64,000 bases of DNA, taken from the NCBI GenBank assembly GCA_963822175.1, contig CAWGGJ010000003.1, positions 582,802-646,801 on the forward strand. Reading direction: 5' to 3'. The DNA comes from an uncultured Chloroflexia bacterium (GTDB lineage: Bacteria > Chloroflexota > Anaerolineae > Anaerolineales > UBA4823). The notes under the pieces are model-generated. The model had not been told where the DNA came from. It saw nothing but the letters and a program-made list of their open reading frames with translations, and did not search any database. The translations under genes and the position numbers were made by a program. Numbering within the stretch: the stretch's first letter is position 1; the number at the start of each line of letters is the position of its first letter. Below, in pieces: positions 19,811 through 29,942 of the stretch.

Positions 19811-20974
19811 ATGAATGATAGGTACCTGGCCCGTCATGTAGTCGGGTTAAAGCCCTCTGGCATCCGTAAATTCTTCGATATTGTTGCCACCATGAAAGAT
19901 GTTATTTCCCTGGGCATCGGTGAGCCGGATTTCGTCACCCCTGAACCCATCATCGAGGCCGGCATCCGTGCCCTGCATGCCGGTCAAACCCATTACACTT
20001 CCAACGCCGGTCTGTTCGAGCTGCGCAAGGCCATCACCGATCACATTTTCCAGACCTATGGCGTCGAATATGACCCCGCTACAGAAGCCATCATCTCCGT
20101 TGGCGTGTCCGAAGCCCTCTATCTGACCATGACCGCCCTGCTCAACCCGGGTGAGGAAGTCATTATCCCCACTCCCTGCTTCGTCTCCTACCAGGCGGAA
20201 GTCATCCTGGCTGGTGGCGTACCCGTGGAAGTCCCCACCTTTGTGGAGGATGGCTTTCAAGTCAAGCCGGATCGGCTGGAGGCAGCCATCACCCCGCGCA
20301 CCAAGGCTATCCTGCTCGGCTACCCCAACAATCCCACCGGCGCGGTCTACACCCGCGCAGTCCTACTTGAGATCGCCCGTATTGCTGAACAACACGATCT
20401 CATCGTCATCTCCGATGAGCTCTACGACCAGCTGGTCTATGGTGTCCAGCATGTATGCTTCCCCGCACTCCCTGGCATGCGCTCCCGCACCATTCTCCTG
20501 GGAGGTTTCTCCAAGAATTACGCCATGACCGGTTGGCGGGCAGGTTTTGCCTGCGGTCCAGCAGAGATCATCCAGGGACTCGTTCGTATCCATCAATACA
20601 CCATCATGTCCGCCCCCACTATGTCACAGATGGCGGCTCTGGAAGCCATTCAGCATGGTCAGCCATATGTCGACCAGATGCGTGAGGAGTATGACCGCCG
20701 CCGCAAACTCATCGTCACCGGTCTGAACCAGCTCGGTCTGCCCACCTTCGAGCCTCACGGTGCCTTCTACGCCTTCCCAAATGTAGCCATCACCGGCATG
20801 GATGATGAAACTTTCGCCAAGAAATTGCTCGATGAAGAACGTGTCGCCGTCGTCCCGGGGAACTCCTTCGGAGCGGGTGGTGAGGGATATGTGCGCTGTT
20901 CCTATGCCACTGCCTACGAGAAGATCGAGGAAGCCCTGGTCCGCATGCAGCGTTTCATGCATCGCCACGGATAA
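19811..20974 (+). CDS. Class I/II pyridoxal-phosphate aminotransferase (aspartate aminotransferase-like)
   Basis: 387 aa with AGGAG RBS. Motifs: GEPDFVTP, LGYPNNPTG, and PLP-lysine motif SFSKNYAMTGWRAGF. Confidence 0.92.
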   Translation: MNDRYLARHVVGLKPSGIRKFFDIVATMKDVISLGIGEPDFVTPEPIIEAGIRALHAGQTHYTSNAGLFELRKAITDHIFQTYGVEYDPATEAIISVGVSEALYLTMTALLNPGEEVIIPTPCFVSYQAEVILAGGVPVEVPTFVEDGFQVKPDRLEAAITPRTKAILLGYPNNPTGAVYTRAVLLEIARIAEQHDLIVISDELYDQLVYGVQHVCFPALPGMRSRTILLGGFSKNYAMTGWRAGFACGPAEIIQGLVRIHQYTIMSAPTMSQMAALEAIQHGQPYVDQMREEYDRRRKLIVTGLNQLGLPTFEPHGAFYAFPNVAITGMDDETFAKKLLDEERVAVVPGNSFGAGGEGYVRCSYATAYEKIEEALVRMQRFMHRHG

Positions 20975-21169
20975 CTGCTGGATCTAAAAAGCGATGGCAA
21001 CCCCATATGCAAATCATCACCATCCGGCACGCAAATTGTGTGGCATTCGTCACTTGACGACATGTCTGACATTGATTAACCTTAAGCTAGACCGGAATGG
21101 CGTTTTTAACCCAAGTGAGGCTGCAAAATTGAGCATGTTGGATCACCATCTGGTAGTTTTTGATTAATT

Positions 21170-21204
21170 GCGGGCACCGAACCGGGTTGCCCGCTTATAT
21201 TTTG
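21170..21204 (+). terminator. GC-rich hairpin + T-rich tract between the aminotransferase and gdh (terminator or 5'-UTR structure)
   Basis: GCGGGCA (21170-21176) pairs with TGCCCGC (21188-21194), with an inner CC/GG extension, followed by TTATATTTT. Confidence 0.35.
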
Positions 21205-21234
21205 AAAATTCATTAAATTAACCAGGAGTAGATT

Positions 21235-22521
21235 ATGACCGAACAGATCAATGCTTTCCAAATGGCACAGCGCCAGTTTGATGGCGTCGCCAAGCAGCTC
21301 AACCTCGACCCGCAGGTGGCTGAAATCCTTCGCTGGCCAGCCCGCGAGTTTAAATTCACCATCCCGGTGCACATGGACGATGGCTCTTTGCGTGTTTTCA
21401 CCGGCTATCGTGTCCAGCACAACGACGTGCGCGGTCCCAATAAGGGCGGTATTCGCTTCCACCCCGCTGAGACCCTCGATACCGTCCGTGCCCTCGCCAT
21501 GTGGATGACCTGGAAATGCTCCGTTGCCGATATCCCCCTGGGTGGCGGTAAAGGTGGCGTTCCGGTCGATCCAGCCACCCTCTCCGTCTACGAGAAGGAA
21601 AAACTGGTCCGCGGCTGGGTGGACCAGATGTGGCGCAACATCGGTCCCCGCCAGGACGTCCCTGCTCCCGATGTAGGTACTACCCCTCAGATGATGGGCT
21701 GGATGATGGACGAGTATTCCAAGATGGTCGGTCAATATACCCCGGGTGTGATCACCGGCAAGCCCCTCGGTGGTGGTGGCTCTCTTGGCCGCACTGAAGC
21801 CACCGGTTTCGGCGTCATCTACACCGTGCGCGAGGCTATGAAGCACCTCAAGATCGATCCTGCCAAGGCAGTCGTAGCCATGCAGGGCTTTGGCAATGTA
21901 ACCCAGTATGCTGCCATTGGTTTCATTGATATGTTGGGTGGCAAGGTCGCCTGCGTCTCCTGCTGGGACCGCACCGACAAATGCTCCTATACCTTCAGCC
22001 ATCCCAAGGGCGTTGACCCCAGGTTCCTGCAGTCCATCACCGACCAGTATGGCACCATTGATAAATCCAAGGCTCATGAGGCTGGCTACGTGCTTGAAGA
22101 AGGCGATGCCTGGATCACCAAGGAAGCGGATGTCCTAATGCCCGGTGCCCTGGAAGGTCAGGTCACTGGCGAGACCATCAAGAAGATCCACAGCCGTGTC
22201 CGCATTATTGCCGAAGGCGCCAATGGTCCCACCACGCCCGAAGCGGATGCCGTCATCAAGGCCAATAACATCTTCAACATCCCCGATTTTCTGTGCAATG
22301 CAGGTGGCGTCACCTGTTCGTACTTTGAGGGCGTCCAGAACGACATGAACTTCTACTGGACCAAGGAAGAGGTGCTCCAGCGCCTTGATACCAAGATGAC
22401 CCAGGCCTTCAATTCCGTCCTCGAAATGTCCGAGAAGGAAAAGGTCTACATGCGCGATGCGGCTTACATGGTCGCCATCGCCCGTGTGGTCAAAGCCATG
22501 GAATTGCGCGGCTGGATCTAA
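21235..22521 (+). CDS. gdhA: Glutamate dehydrogenase
   Basis: 428 aa with AGGAG RBS. Motifs: GPNKGGIRFHP, ADIPLGGGKGGV, VPAPDVGT, GFGNV. The antisense ORF 21106..22077 is a shadow. Confidence 0.95.
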   Translation: MTEQINAFQMAQRQFDGVAKQLNLDPQVAEILRWPAREFKFTIPVHMDDGSLRVFTGYRVQHNDVRGPNKGGIRFHPAETLDTVRALAMWMTWKCSVADIPLGGGKGGVPVDPATLSVYEKEKLVRGWVDQMWRNIGPRQDVPAPDVGTTPQMMGWMMDEYSKMVGQYTPGVITGKPLGGGGSLGRTEATGFGVIYTVREAMKHLKIDPAKAVVAMQGFGNVTQYAAIGFIDMLGGKVACVSCWDRTDKCSYTFSHPKGVDPRFLQSITDQYGTIDKSKAHEAGYVLEEGDAWITKEADVLMPGALEGQVTGETIKKIHSRVRIIAEGANGPTTPEADAVIKANNIFNIPDFLCNAGGVTCSYFEGVQNDMNFYWTKEEVLQRLDTKMTQAFNSVLEMSEKEKVYMRDAAYMVAIARVVKAMELRGWI

Positions 22522-22542
22522 ACCAGTTTCGTCACCATCTCA

Positions 22543-22581
22543 CAGGATATAAGGATGATTTCCTTATATCCTGTTTTTTTT
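22543..22581 (+). terminator. Rho-independent terminator of gdh
   Basis: CAGGATATAAGGA (22543-22555) pairs with TCCTTATATCCTG (22561-22573), followed by a T8 run. Confidence 0.85.
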
Positions 22582-22715
22582 ATTTCGCCTTAAATGGAAA
22601 TATATTATCAACCTGCTAGCTATAGGAGTTAATCATTTAATCTATACGCCTCAGTAAGGACTCTTTATAATTACCTTGTTTGCCAATCTGATTACTTTTA
22701 CCCCAAGGAGTCCAT

Positions 22716-23381
22716 ATGACCCATTCACAACCTGATGGCTTTCTCGCCCTCCCACCCACCGGTGATGGACCCGGTGTATTGGTCCTTCACGCCTGGTGGG
22801 GCTTGAACGCCACCATCAAGGCTGTCTGCACCCGTCTGTCAGAATCCGGTTTCGTCGCCTTTGCCCCTGATCTTTACCATGGCAAGGTCGCCAGCACCAT
22901 CCCCGAGGCAGAAGTGCTCGGCAGTGGTGTCGACACCAACCACCTCCAGGCCGAAGCTGAGATCCTGGATGCAGCCAGGTTTCTCACTGAAAGGGTTGGA
23001 CGATCTCACCCCGGCCTTGCCGTGATCGCCTTTTCCCTGGGTGCCTATTATGCCTTGCAGCTCGCCGATGCTGATCCCGAAAACATCCGTTCCGTCGTCC
23101 TCTTTTATGGCACCGATGGCACGGTGGGAGGTGACTACCCCAATTCGCGTGCAGCCTACCTCGGTCACTTCGCCGAAAATGACCAGTATGAGACGCCTTC
23201 CAATGTCGACACCCTCGAGAAAACCCTGAGGGATGCCGGCCACCCGGTCACTTTCTTCCGTTACCCTGGCACCAGTCACTGGTTCTTCGAGCCCGACGTC
23301 ATCGAAGCTTACCACCAGGCAGCTGCCACCCTGGCCTGGGATCGCACCCTGGCCTTCCTCAAGCATTCCTCTACCTTATAG
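22716..23381 (+). CDS. Dienelactone hydrolase family protein
   Basis: 221 aa. Motifs: GPGVLVLHAWWGLN, IAFSLGAYYA, YPGTSHWFFEPD. AAGGAG RBS. Confidence 0.8.
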   Translation: MTHSQPDGFLALPPTGDGPGVLVLHAWWGLNATIKAVCTRLSESGFVAFAPDLYHGKVASTIPEAEVLGSGVDTNHLQAEAEILDAARFLTERVGRSHPGLAVIAFSLGAYYALQLADADPENIRSVVLFYGTDGTVGGDYPNSRAAYLGHFAENDQYETPSNVDTLEKTLRDAGHPVTFFRYPGTSHWFFEPDVIEAYHQAAATLAWDRTLAFLKHSSTL

Positions 23382-23393
23382 GAGATTCCCACC

Positions 23394-23915
23394 ATGGATA
23401 CCCAACCCGAAACCACCCTCGTCGAGCTCATCCGCTACAACAACTGGGCTAACGCCCAGGTCCTCCTCGCCTGCCAGCAGCTCACCCCCCACCAGCTCGA
23501 TGCCACCGCCCCCGGCACCTACGGCACGATCTACGCCACCCTGAGGCACATCATCCGGGCAGAAGCAGACTATGTGGGTCGCCTGACCGGTGTCAGCCCC
23601 CAACCATCCTTCAAGTGGGAGCACCAGCCAAGCATTGCTGAAATTTCCGCTTTCGCTGAACAGGTGGCTGATGCCCTGCTTGATGCCGTCCAGCGCATCC
23701 CTCCCACCCACCTCGTCCATGAGGAGGAGGATGGCAAGTTCATCGACTATATTGCCATGCACCTTTTCATTCAGGTCATCGACCACGGTATCGAGCACCG
23801 CACCAACATCACCACCATCCTCAGCAGTCTCGATCACCCCGCCCTCGAAGTGGATGGCTGGAGCTACCTCTTTTCGCACCCGGAGCGGTTTGAGCTGCAG
23901 GAAGGTACCCTGTAA
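23394..23915 (+). CDS. DinB family protein
   Basis: 173 aa. Motifs: LIRYNNWANAQVL, YGTIYATLRHIIRAEADYVGRL, IDHGIEHR (His-rich metal-site pattern of DinB_2-like proteins). Confidence 0.8.
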   Translation: MDTQPETTLVELIRYNNWANAQVLLACQQLTPHQLDATAPGTYGTIYATLRHIIRAEADYVGRLTGVSPQPSFKWEHQPSIAEISAFAEQVADALLDAVQRIPPTHLVHEEEDGKFIDYIAMHLFIQVIDHGIEHRTNITTILSSLDHPALEVDGWSYLFSHPERFELQEGTL

Positions 23916-24022
23916 GCGAAATGGGATCCCTTTCACTCGCGTGAAGGGAGCTTGACCAACGGTCATTGCCGGTAAATGTACCGCCAATGGCACATGGAAG
24001 ACACATTGCAGGAGGTGAAAAG

Positions 24023-24493
24023 ATGGACATAACCGGGATCCTGGTCTCTCAATATCTGGCCTCGCTTGAAATGCTCAAGCAGACCATCACCTTGTGCCCT
24101 GAGTCGCTCTGGAATGCACCCGGCGACAGGAACAAATTCTGGCAGGCAGCCTACCATGCCCTTTTCTTTACCCACCTCTATGTCGCAGACTCCGAAGAAA
24201 GTTTTATTCCCTGGATTAAGCACCGGGACGGATACGAAGATTTCGTGACCCACTTTCGTGAGCCTTATGATAAAGCCACCCTCCTGGAGTACCTGGCCTT
24301 CTGCCAGCAGGAGGTGGCACACAGGGTACCGCAGCTAAACATGGAGGAAGGTTTTAGTGGCAGGCCTTACCCGAAGTTGGAGTTACAGATCTACTCGATC
24401 CGCCACATCATGCAGCACACCGGCGAGCTGATGGAGCGCCTCGGTTCCCGGGCAGACGCCCACATCGATTGGGTGGGAAGCAAACATGGTTGA
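24023..24493 (+). CDS. DinB superfamily protein (second paralogue)
   Basis: The track ORF starts at 23966. ATG 24023 has AGGAGGTG 6 nt upstream. Motifs: FWQAAYHALFFTHLY and HIMQHTGEL. Confidence 0.75.
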   Translation: MDITGILVSQYLASLEMLKQTITLCPESLWNAPGDRNKFWQAAYHALFFTHLYVADSEESFIPWIKHRDGYEDFVTHFREPYDKATLLEYLAFCQQEVAHRVPQLNMEEGFSGRPYPKLELQIYSIRHIMQHTGELMERLGSRADAHIDWVGSKHG

Positions 24494-24507
24494 TGAATAG
24501 TCAGAAT

Positions 24508-25059
24508 TTAGACCCTCAGTGAGCCACGAAAAGCCCTGGCGCCATAGTAGGATTCTGCACCGTTGTGATACACGAAAACATGGTCATAGCGGCGATCGGC
24601 AAAGATGGCCCCGCCGAGTTTTCGAATTTCAGCCGGTGTTTTCAACCAGCTCGATGTCTTCAGATCGAAATTTCCAAGTTTCTGCAGCTCTCGATATTGC
24701 TCTTCCGTTAAGACCTCGATCCCCATGGCAGCGGCCATGTCCATGGCGCTATCTGCTGGTTTAAATTCCTTCCTGGACTCCAACGCTTCACGGTCATAAC
24801 ACACATTTCTGCGCCCTTTAGGGCTTTCCGCTGCACAATCATAAAAAATGATTTCGCCCGTCTTTTCATCCTGGCCAACCACATCCGGTTCACCACCGGT
24901 TCGTTCCATTTCATGCAGCGACCACAGTTTTTCAGGGTTAGCCTCCAGCTTTGCCTGTACTTTAGCCCAGTCAAGACCTTCATGGCGCTTCATGTTTTTC
25001 TCAAAACGGGCTTTCAATGTTCTGAGTAGTTCTTCCCTTTGCTCCGTTGATAATTTCAT
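24508..25059 (-). CDS. DUF4256 domain protein
   Basis: 183 aa. Pattern I recognise for DUF4256: LHEMERTGGEPDVVG...IIFYDCAAESPKGRRNVCYD...AAAMGIEVLTEEQYRELQ...TSSWLKTP. Confidence 0.75.
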   Translation of the reverse strand: MKLSTEQREELLRTLKARFEKNMKRHEGLDWAKVQAKLEANPEKLWSLHEMERTGGEPDVVGQDEKTGEIIFYDCAAESPKGRRNVCYDREALESRKEFKPADSAMDMAAAMGIEVLTEEQYRELQKLGNFDLKTSSWLKTPAEIRKLGGAIFADRRYDHVFVYHNGAESYYGARAFRGSLRV

Positions 25060-25137
25060 TTTTTTCCTCGTCTGACATGGTTTTTATGTTATCTAACCAA
25101 GTGGTTCATTTTTATATATACTAGATCATGGTATTGG

Positions 25138-25737
25138 TCATAATTTTATAGTTAAATTTAATCCCTTACCATTGAGAATTTGTTGCATATATTTTTCAAC
25201 CCTCGCCTCCCGGGTTTTGGATTGTTTGGGTGCAGAAAAATAAAGGATGTATGCTCTTTGCCGTCCCGGCGTCAATGCATCAAAAGCAGTTTTCAAGCCG
25301 GGATTTTCATCTAATTTATTTTGAAATTCTTCAGGTATGCTGTATTCTGTTGTCTTTTTATAATTCACTTTCAAACCAGCTTTTTCCACTTCAATCGCTT
25401 CATAAATATAGGCTTTCAATGTGGCTTCCAGCTCAACGATTTCTCGAACATTGCTGAATCGGATCTGGCGCCCCGCCTGGACATTCTCCGTTTGTGTGAT
25501 CAGAATACCCTTGGTGTCATTTAACAAGGCACCTTTGATAAACAAAAGCGCACAGTATTCTTTAAATCCATGCATTAAAACGATGTTTCTGTCTTCAAGC
25601 GTGTAACAGGGAACACCCCACTTCAATTCTTCGCTCAGCCCACAATCAAGAATGATCATCCTCAATGTTTCGAATTCATCCTGCCACTTTTGGGCATTAC
25701 TTAGAAATTCATCAACCTTTGGGTTCATGGCATTCAT
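25138..25737 (-). CDS. YdeI/DUF1801-type protein
   Basis: 199 aa. Motifs: KVDEFLSNAQKWQDEFETLRMIILDCGLSEELKWGVPCY and C-terminal PGRQRAYILYFSAPKQSKTREARVEKYMQQIL. Confidence 0.7.
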   Translation of the reverse strand: MNAMNPKVDEFLSNAQKWQDEFETLRMIILDCGLSEELKWGVPCYTLEDRNIVLMHGFKEYCALLFIKGALLNDTKGILITQTENVQAGRQIRFSNVREIVELEATLKAYIYEAIEVEKAGLKVNYKKTTEYSIPEEFQNKLDENPGLKTAFDALTPGRQRAYILYFSAPKQSKTREARVEKYMQQILNGKGLNLTIKL

Positions 25738-25970
25738 TGCTTGATCCTCTAAAATATATTGCGCATATCTCTGCTTGCACTTCCGCTCATTTGTTCATAC
25801 TCAATAACGGTAATATCGCCTACCACCCACTAAACTGCAGGTTTCTCAGCTGACTTTTCGAGTGAGCTGACGAATTGCACCCTGTCATTATAATAAAGAT
25901 GTTTCAACAAGGGTATTAATACCATTTTTAAAATTTAATTAAGTATTAATATTTATTATCGTTTGGTTCC

Positions 25971-26039
25971 ATGCTACACAACGGCCTCGGCTCTCGTATA
26001 AACTCCCACATCGATTGGGTCGCATCAATGCATGGCTGA
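25971..26039 (+). pseudogene. Relic of the 3' end of a DinB-superfamily paralogue
   Basis: Translates to MLHNGLGSRINSHIDWVASMHG-stop. The end of the 24023..24493 gene reads MQHTGELMERLGSRADAHIDWVGSKHG-stop. No upstream ORF remains. Confidence 0.6.
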
Positions 26040-26543
26040 TTGCTTTAGACCTCACAAACACGCATATCTATTGATCTAAACAAAAGGATGAAATCCATAC
26101 AGGATCGATCAATTACCACGGACCAAATCCTGGCCTGCCTGAATCGTTCTTTTCCCTCGTGAGTATATCCAACCCTGACTTCCAGGCGAAGCATAAAGTG
26201 GATGTTGGAGATTCTCAGCTTATATCATCAGTGAGCACTGCCCTCATGAAGTCCGTTACCAAAGCTTCTTGCATAAACGCGTAATTCCAGGTTGTCCAAA
26301 ATATTTACGGTAAAATGACAGGTACAACGATGGAATAATGGGAAATAAATGGTCTCCTATCAGGGCAGACTTGAACACAATTCCCAAATTGAACCCTACC
26401 AACCCCTCAAATTTGACCTGATTCCTTTACCCTACTTTTCACCTATCAGTATCGGGCAGGATGAAAGTGGTATAGCATCAGATGCCTGCTCGAATGAGTA
26501 TAATTCGATTAAAATCGGATAGATTCCCTTCAATGGGGTATGA

Positions 26544-29201
26544 ATGCTCTTGATCAAAAACATCAGTGAACGAATCACCTCAAACAAATACCTCTGGTCG
26601 ATAATATTTGCATTGTCTGCTTTGGAAGGGCTGATCGCCCTCCTCGCCGTTGCCAGCCTGCCATCGGATCAGGATGTGCGTGTCGTTCTGGGCCTATCTG
26701 TAGGTCGACTGATATTGTTAGCCCTGATGGCAGCATTTATCCTATTATTTATTTGCCTGGCATTACTCAACCTTCATTCAACCTGGCAAGCACATTGGAA
26801 TAAGCAGATGAGGGCAGATGCTCGTTGGGGATCTCTCCTTTTCATTGTATTACCGATTTTTGCGATAATTTCTGTTTATATCCCGTATTTATTGAAATCC
26901 TCTTATCTTGCTACAGGTGATGTTTACTACCTGGCCTACTTCCACCGCCTATGGCCTTTTTTTGTTTGGGGATACCTTGTCAGTCTGCAGGTCTGGGTGA
27001 TACTGGTCTGGAAGGGTGGATTTCATTGGTCTGCGCTGCAAGCTGAGCGCTCCGTACTTCGTGCAGGCATAATTGTCTTCCTGATAACCCTCCTTATGGC
27101 CATCTTCGTGGCGTTAAGTGGAATTGGCATAACACCGGATACGGTCGGTTGGGGTACTCCAGCAGTAGCCTTGCTCGAATGGCAGGTTTTACTCAGCTGG
27201 TTATGCGCAGCCCTTTTTCTGGTTCTTCTATTACACCACCGCTGGCCAAGGTGGGCAGATCTCGTCCTGGCAGTCGGGATTTGGTTCCTGGCTGCTGGGG
27301 TATGGTTGAGCGTACCTACCAAACCCAGCCTTTACGCCACCCCTGGGCGCCTCCCCAACTATGAGATTTACCCATTCTCCGACGGCGCGTACTATGACCT
27401 GTTCTCCCAAAGCGCTCTGATCGGTAATGGTTTCAAGGGTGAAGGCATCCCTGCTCGGCCGATGTACGTTAGCCTGTTGACTCTGTTCCATCTGGTAGCA
27501 GGTCAGGAATATGATTTAGTAATTTTTGTACAGACGCTGCTGCTCGCATTTTTCCCAGTCGTGTTGTATTTCTTAGGTAAGGAACTGCATAGTCGCCCCA
27601 CCGGCCTCCTAATCGCATTGCTCGCTATCTTACGTGAGTGGAATGCCGCTATTGCTTTGCCATTCATTTACAATGGCTCCTCCTCCAAGCTGTTCTTCGC
27701 TGACCTGCCAACTGCCTTGGTGATCAGTGTGTGGACTCTTCTTGCCATCTTATGGCTGAAAGCACCTACTCACCGGATGTATTTACCCATATTGGTTGGC
27801 GGTGTGCTTGGCGTGGCGGTTTTGTTTCGCACCCAAACGATATTGCTCCTCCCACTCATCCTGCTCCTGGCGCTTATGGTCCTGCACAGGTACTGGCGCT
27901 TATGGTTGATCTCTGCGGGATTGATGATTATCGGTTTCTTCCTGGCAGTTACTCCCTGGCTATGGCGCAACGCACAGATCACGGGACAACTGATCTTCGA
28001 TGATCCATTTTCACAGGTAAGTGTCATGGCGGATAGGTATAGCCTTGAAGGCAGGGATCTGCGATTTCAACAACAACCCGGTGAAAGTATCAGCGAGTTC
28101 ACTGACCGTGCAAACCAGGAGGTGCTCCAATTTCTGAGAGCTCACCCCGGGTTTGTCGCCCACTTCATCGCCAACCACTGGCTCAATGCTGAAATCAGCA
28201 ATTTGCAAATACTCCCCCTGCGAAATATCTTGGAAGAATGGAAAGGCCTGCTTATTCCAACCGCGCCTTTCTGGGAGTGGTGGGATGGCACCCCAGGTTT
28301 CCTGCAATTAGTTCTGTTGCTTCTTTACCTCTCACTTGTCGCCTGCGGGATTGGCGCTGCCTGGTTCCGGGCTGGTTGGGTGGGGATGGTGCCTCTACTG
28401 GTCAATCTGGTTTACAATGCCAGTACTGCTGTAGCCCGATTATCCGGCAATCGCTTCCTGCTGCCTGTCGATTGGGCTGCTTATGTTTATGCTGCCATTG
28501 GCTTGATGGAAATTGCTGTTCTGGTGAGTTACCTGCTGGGAGTCTCCTCAGATCGAATCGCTTACTTGTTGATCCAGCGAAGCCCCCAACCTGAGGGGCG
28601 TACGGTGCCACCTCTGAAATGGCAGCCATTGATTGGTATTGGAACCATGATCCTGTTCATCGGTTTCTTGCCACTCATTGTGGCGGGATTCATCCCCAGG
28701 CGCTATCCAATCCAATCGCAGGCTGAGCAGGTTTCCGAGCTGATGCATTCCATGCGCCAATTTGACCCCAGCTTCGACCTATCTCAGTTACAGGTATTGT
28801 TGCTCGATCCGCAAGCTCAAGTCATCAAAGGGAGAGCGCTTTTCCCGCGGTATTATCCCGCCGGTGATGGAGAACCTCAGACTGCCAAAGCTGGTTATGC
28901 GCCTCTGCCTTTCCCAAGGACTTTATTCCTATTGGCTTCAGATGAATATAATGGGCTGGTGATGCTCAAAATGCTGGATCCACCAGCTTATTTCCCCAAC
29001 GCCTCGGATGTTATCGTGGTGGGCTGTAAAACCGAGAAATACCTGGAAGCCCAGGTGGTGTTGATTCCAGGGGAACCAGGTGATCTGCTGATTTCAGATG
29101 GCGAGCTGCCATCCCAATGTCCTTCCAGTACAATCGGCACCCGAAACATACCCCTTGTCGGAGGTGAGACATTTTTGTTACGCAAATTACCTCTCCGGTG
29201 A
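26544..29201 (+). CDS. Large polytopic membrane protein, GT-C-type (ArnT/PMT-like) glycosyltransferase candidate
   Basis: 885 aa with more than 12 predicted hydrophobic helices over the first ~640 aa, followed by a soluble C-terminal domain. This architecture is typical of GT-C glycosyltransferases. The functional call is tentative. Confidence 0.6.
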   Translation: MLLIKNISERITSNKYLWSIIFALSALEGLIALLAVASLPSDQDVRVVLGLSVGRLILLALMAAFILLFICLALLNLHSTWQAHWNKQMRADARWGSLLFIVLPIFAIISVYIPYLLKSSYLATGDVYYLAYFHRLWPFFVWGYLVSLQVWVILVWKGGFHWSALQAERSVLRAGIIVFLITLLMAIFVALSGIGITPDTVGWGTPAVALLEWQVLLSWLCAALFLVLLLHHRWPRWADLVLAVGIWFLAAGVWLSVPTKPSLYATPGRLPNYEIYPFSDGAYYDLFSQSALIGNGFKGEGIPARPMYVSLLTLFHLVAGQEYDLVIFVQTLLLAFFPVVLYFLGKELHSRPTGLLIALLAILREWNAAIALPFIYNGSSSKLFFADLPTALVISVWTLLAILWLKAPTHRMYLPILVGGVLGVAVLFRTQTILLLPLILLLALMVLHRYWRLWLISAGLMIIGFFLAVTPWLWRNAQITGQLIFDDPFSQVSVMADRYSLEGRDLRFQQQPGESISEFTDRANQEVLQFLRAHPGFVAHFIANHWLNAEISNLQILPLRNILEEWKGLLIPTAPFWEWWDGTPGFLQLVLLLLYLSLVACGIGAAWFRAGWVGMVPLLVNLVYNASTAVARLSGNRFLLPVDWAAYVYAAIGLMEIAVLVSYLLGVSSDRIAYLLIQRSPQPEGRTVPPLKWQPLIGIGTMILFIGFLPLIVAGFIPRRYPIQSQAEQVSELMHSMRQFDPSFDLSQLQVLLLDPQAQVIKGRALFPRYYPAGDGEPQTAKAGYAPLPFPRTLFLLASDEYNGLVMLKMLDPPAYFPNASDVIVVGCKTEKYLEAQVVLIPGEPGDLLISDGELPSQCPSSTIGTRNIPLVGGETFLLRKLPLR

Positions 29202-29284
29202 TCTTCTATCCGTACCCTGGCACCACGCACAGGTTATTTGATCCTGACGTCACGCAGGCATACAACCCCGCCTCCCAGCTGAAA
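29201..29284 (+). pseudogene. Relic of the 3' end of a dienelactone-hydrolase paralogue
   Basis: IFYPYPGTTHRLFDPDVTQAYNPASQL compared with VTFFRYPGTSHWFFEPDVIEAYHQAAATL in the 22716..23381 gene. The similarity is also visible at DNA level. It abuts the stop of the membrane-protein gene. Confidence 0.55.
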
Positions 29285-29339
29285 TCAAACATTACCACAC
29301 ACTCCTCCCCTGAATACCGACCTGTGGTAATCGGAGGTG

Positions 29340-29830
29340 GCCTGGTGAGCCTCGCGGCCACCTGCACAGTCTTTGTGCGGATCCCTTCAGCGAGGAGCGC
29401 ACTGTGCAATTTAGCCTCGCGAAGTGTTTTTCAAGCGAGGCTGGGAGGGGGTTGGTTTCTTATTCCATCCATCTACACCGCCGATGGATGAATCCACCGT
29501 CTACCAAAACCACGAAACCCGCTCAGCGGGTTTTCTTACATTAGCCGATGGATTTTATCCATCGGCACTCCTCCCCTACTTCCGCATTTTGAAATTTAAA
29601 TCCCAAATGGTTTCATCGGGTGTGGGGAGGTTGGGTGAGCTTCGCGGCCACCTGCACGGTCTTTGTCCGGTTCACTTCACCGAGCAGCGTACTGTGCAGA
29701 ATCCCGAGGAAATTGAGGAGACGAAGCCTCGTGAAATGTTTCCCGAGCGAGGTGAGGCAGGGGCTCTTCCTCCCTCTCCAAATGCTGGCTTTACATTTGG
29801 GGAGGGCTGGGCAAGCCTCGCGGTCCATTC
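29340..29830. repeat. Mosaic hairpin-repeat locus A
   Basis: Contains two copies of the GGTGAGCYTCGCGGCCACCTGCAC...ACTGTGCA module (29343-29410, 29633-29700). Hairpins: 29481-29499, GAAACCCGC-TCA-GCGGGTTTTC (29513-29535), GCCGATGGAT-TTT-ATCCATCGGC (29544-29566) and CCAAATG...CATTTGG (29770-29800 region). Confidence 0.85.
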
Positions 29831-29942
29831 AGCGAGGGAGAGGCCTACAGCATTGTGGTGTATTATACTTATCGATGATATTATGGGAATTACCATTTGA
29901 ATCTTGGGTACTTACCCTGAAAAAAATAGCATTCGGAGAAAA

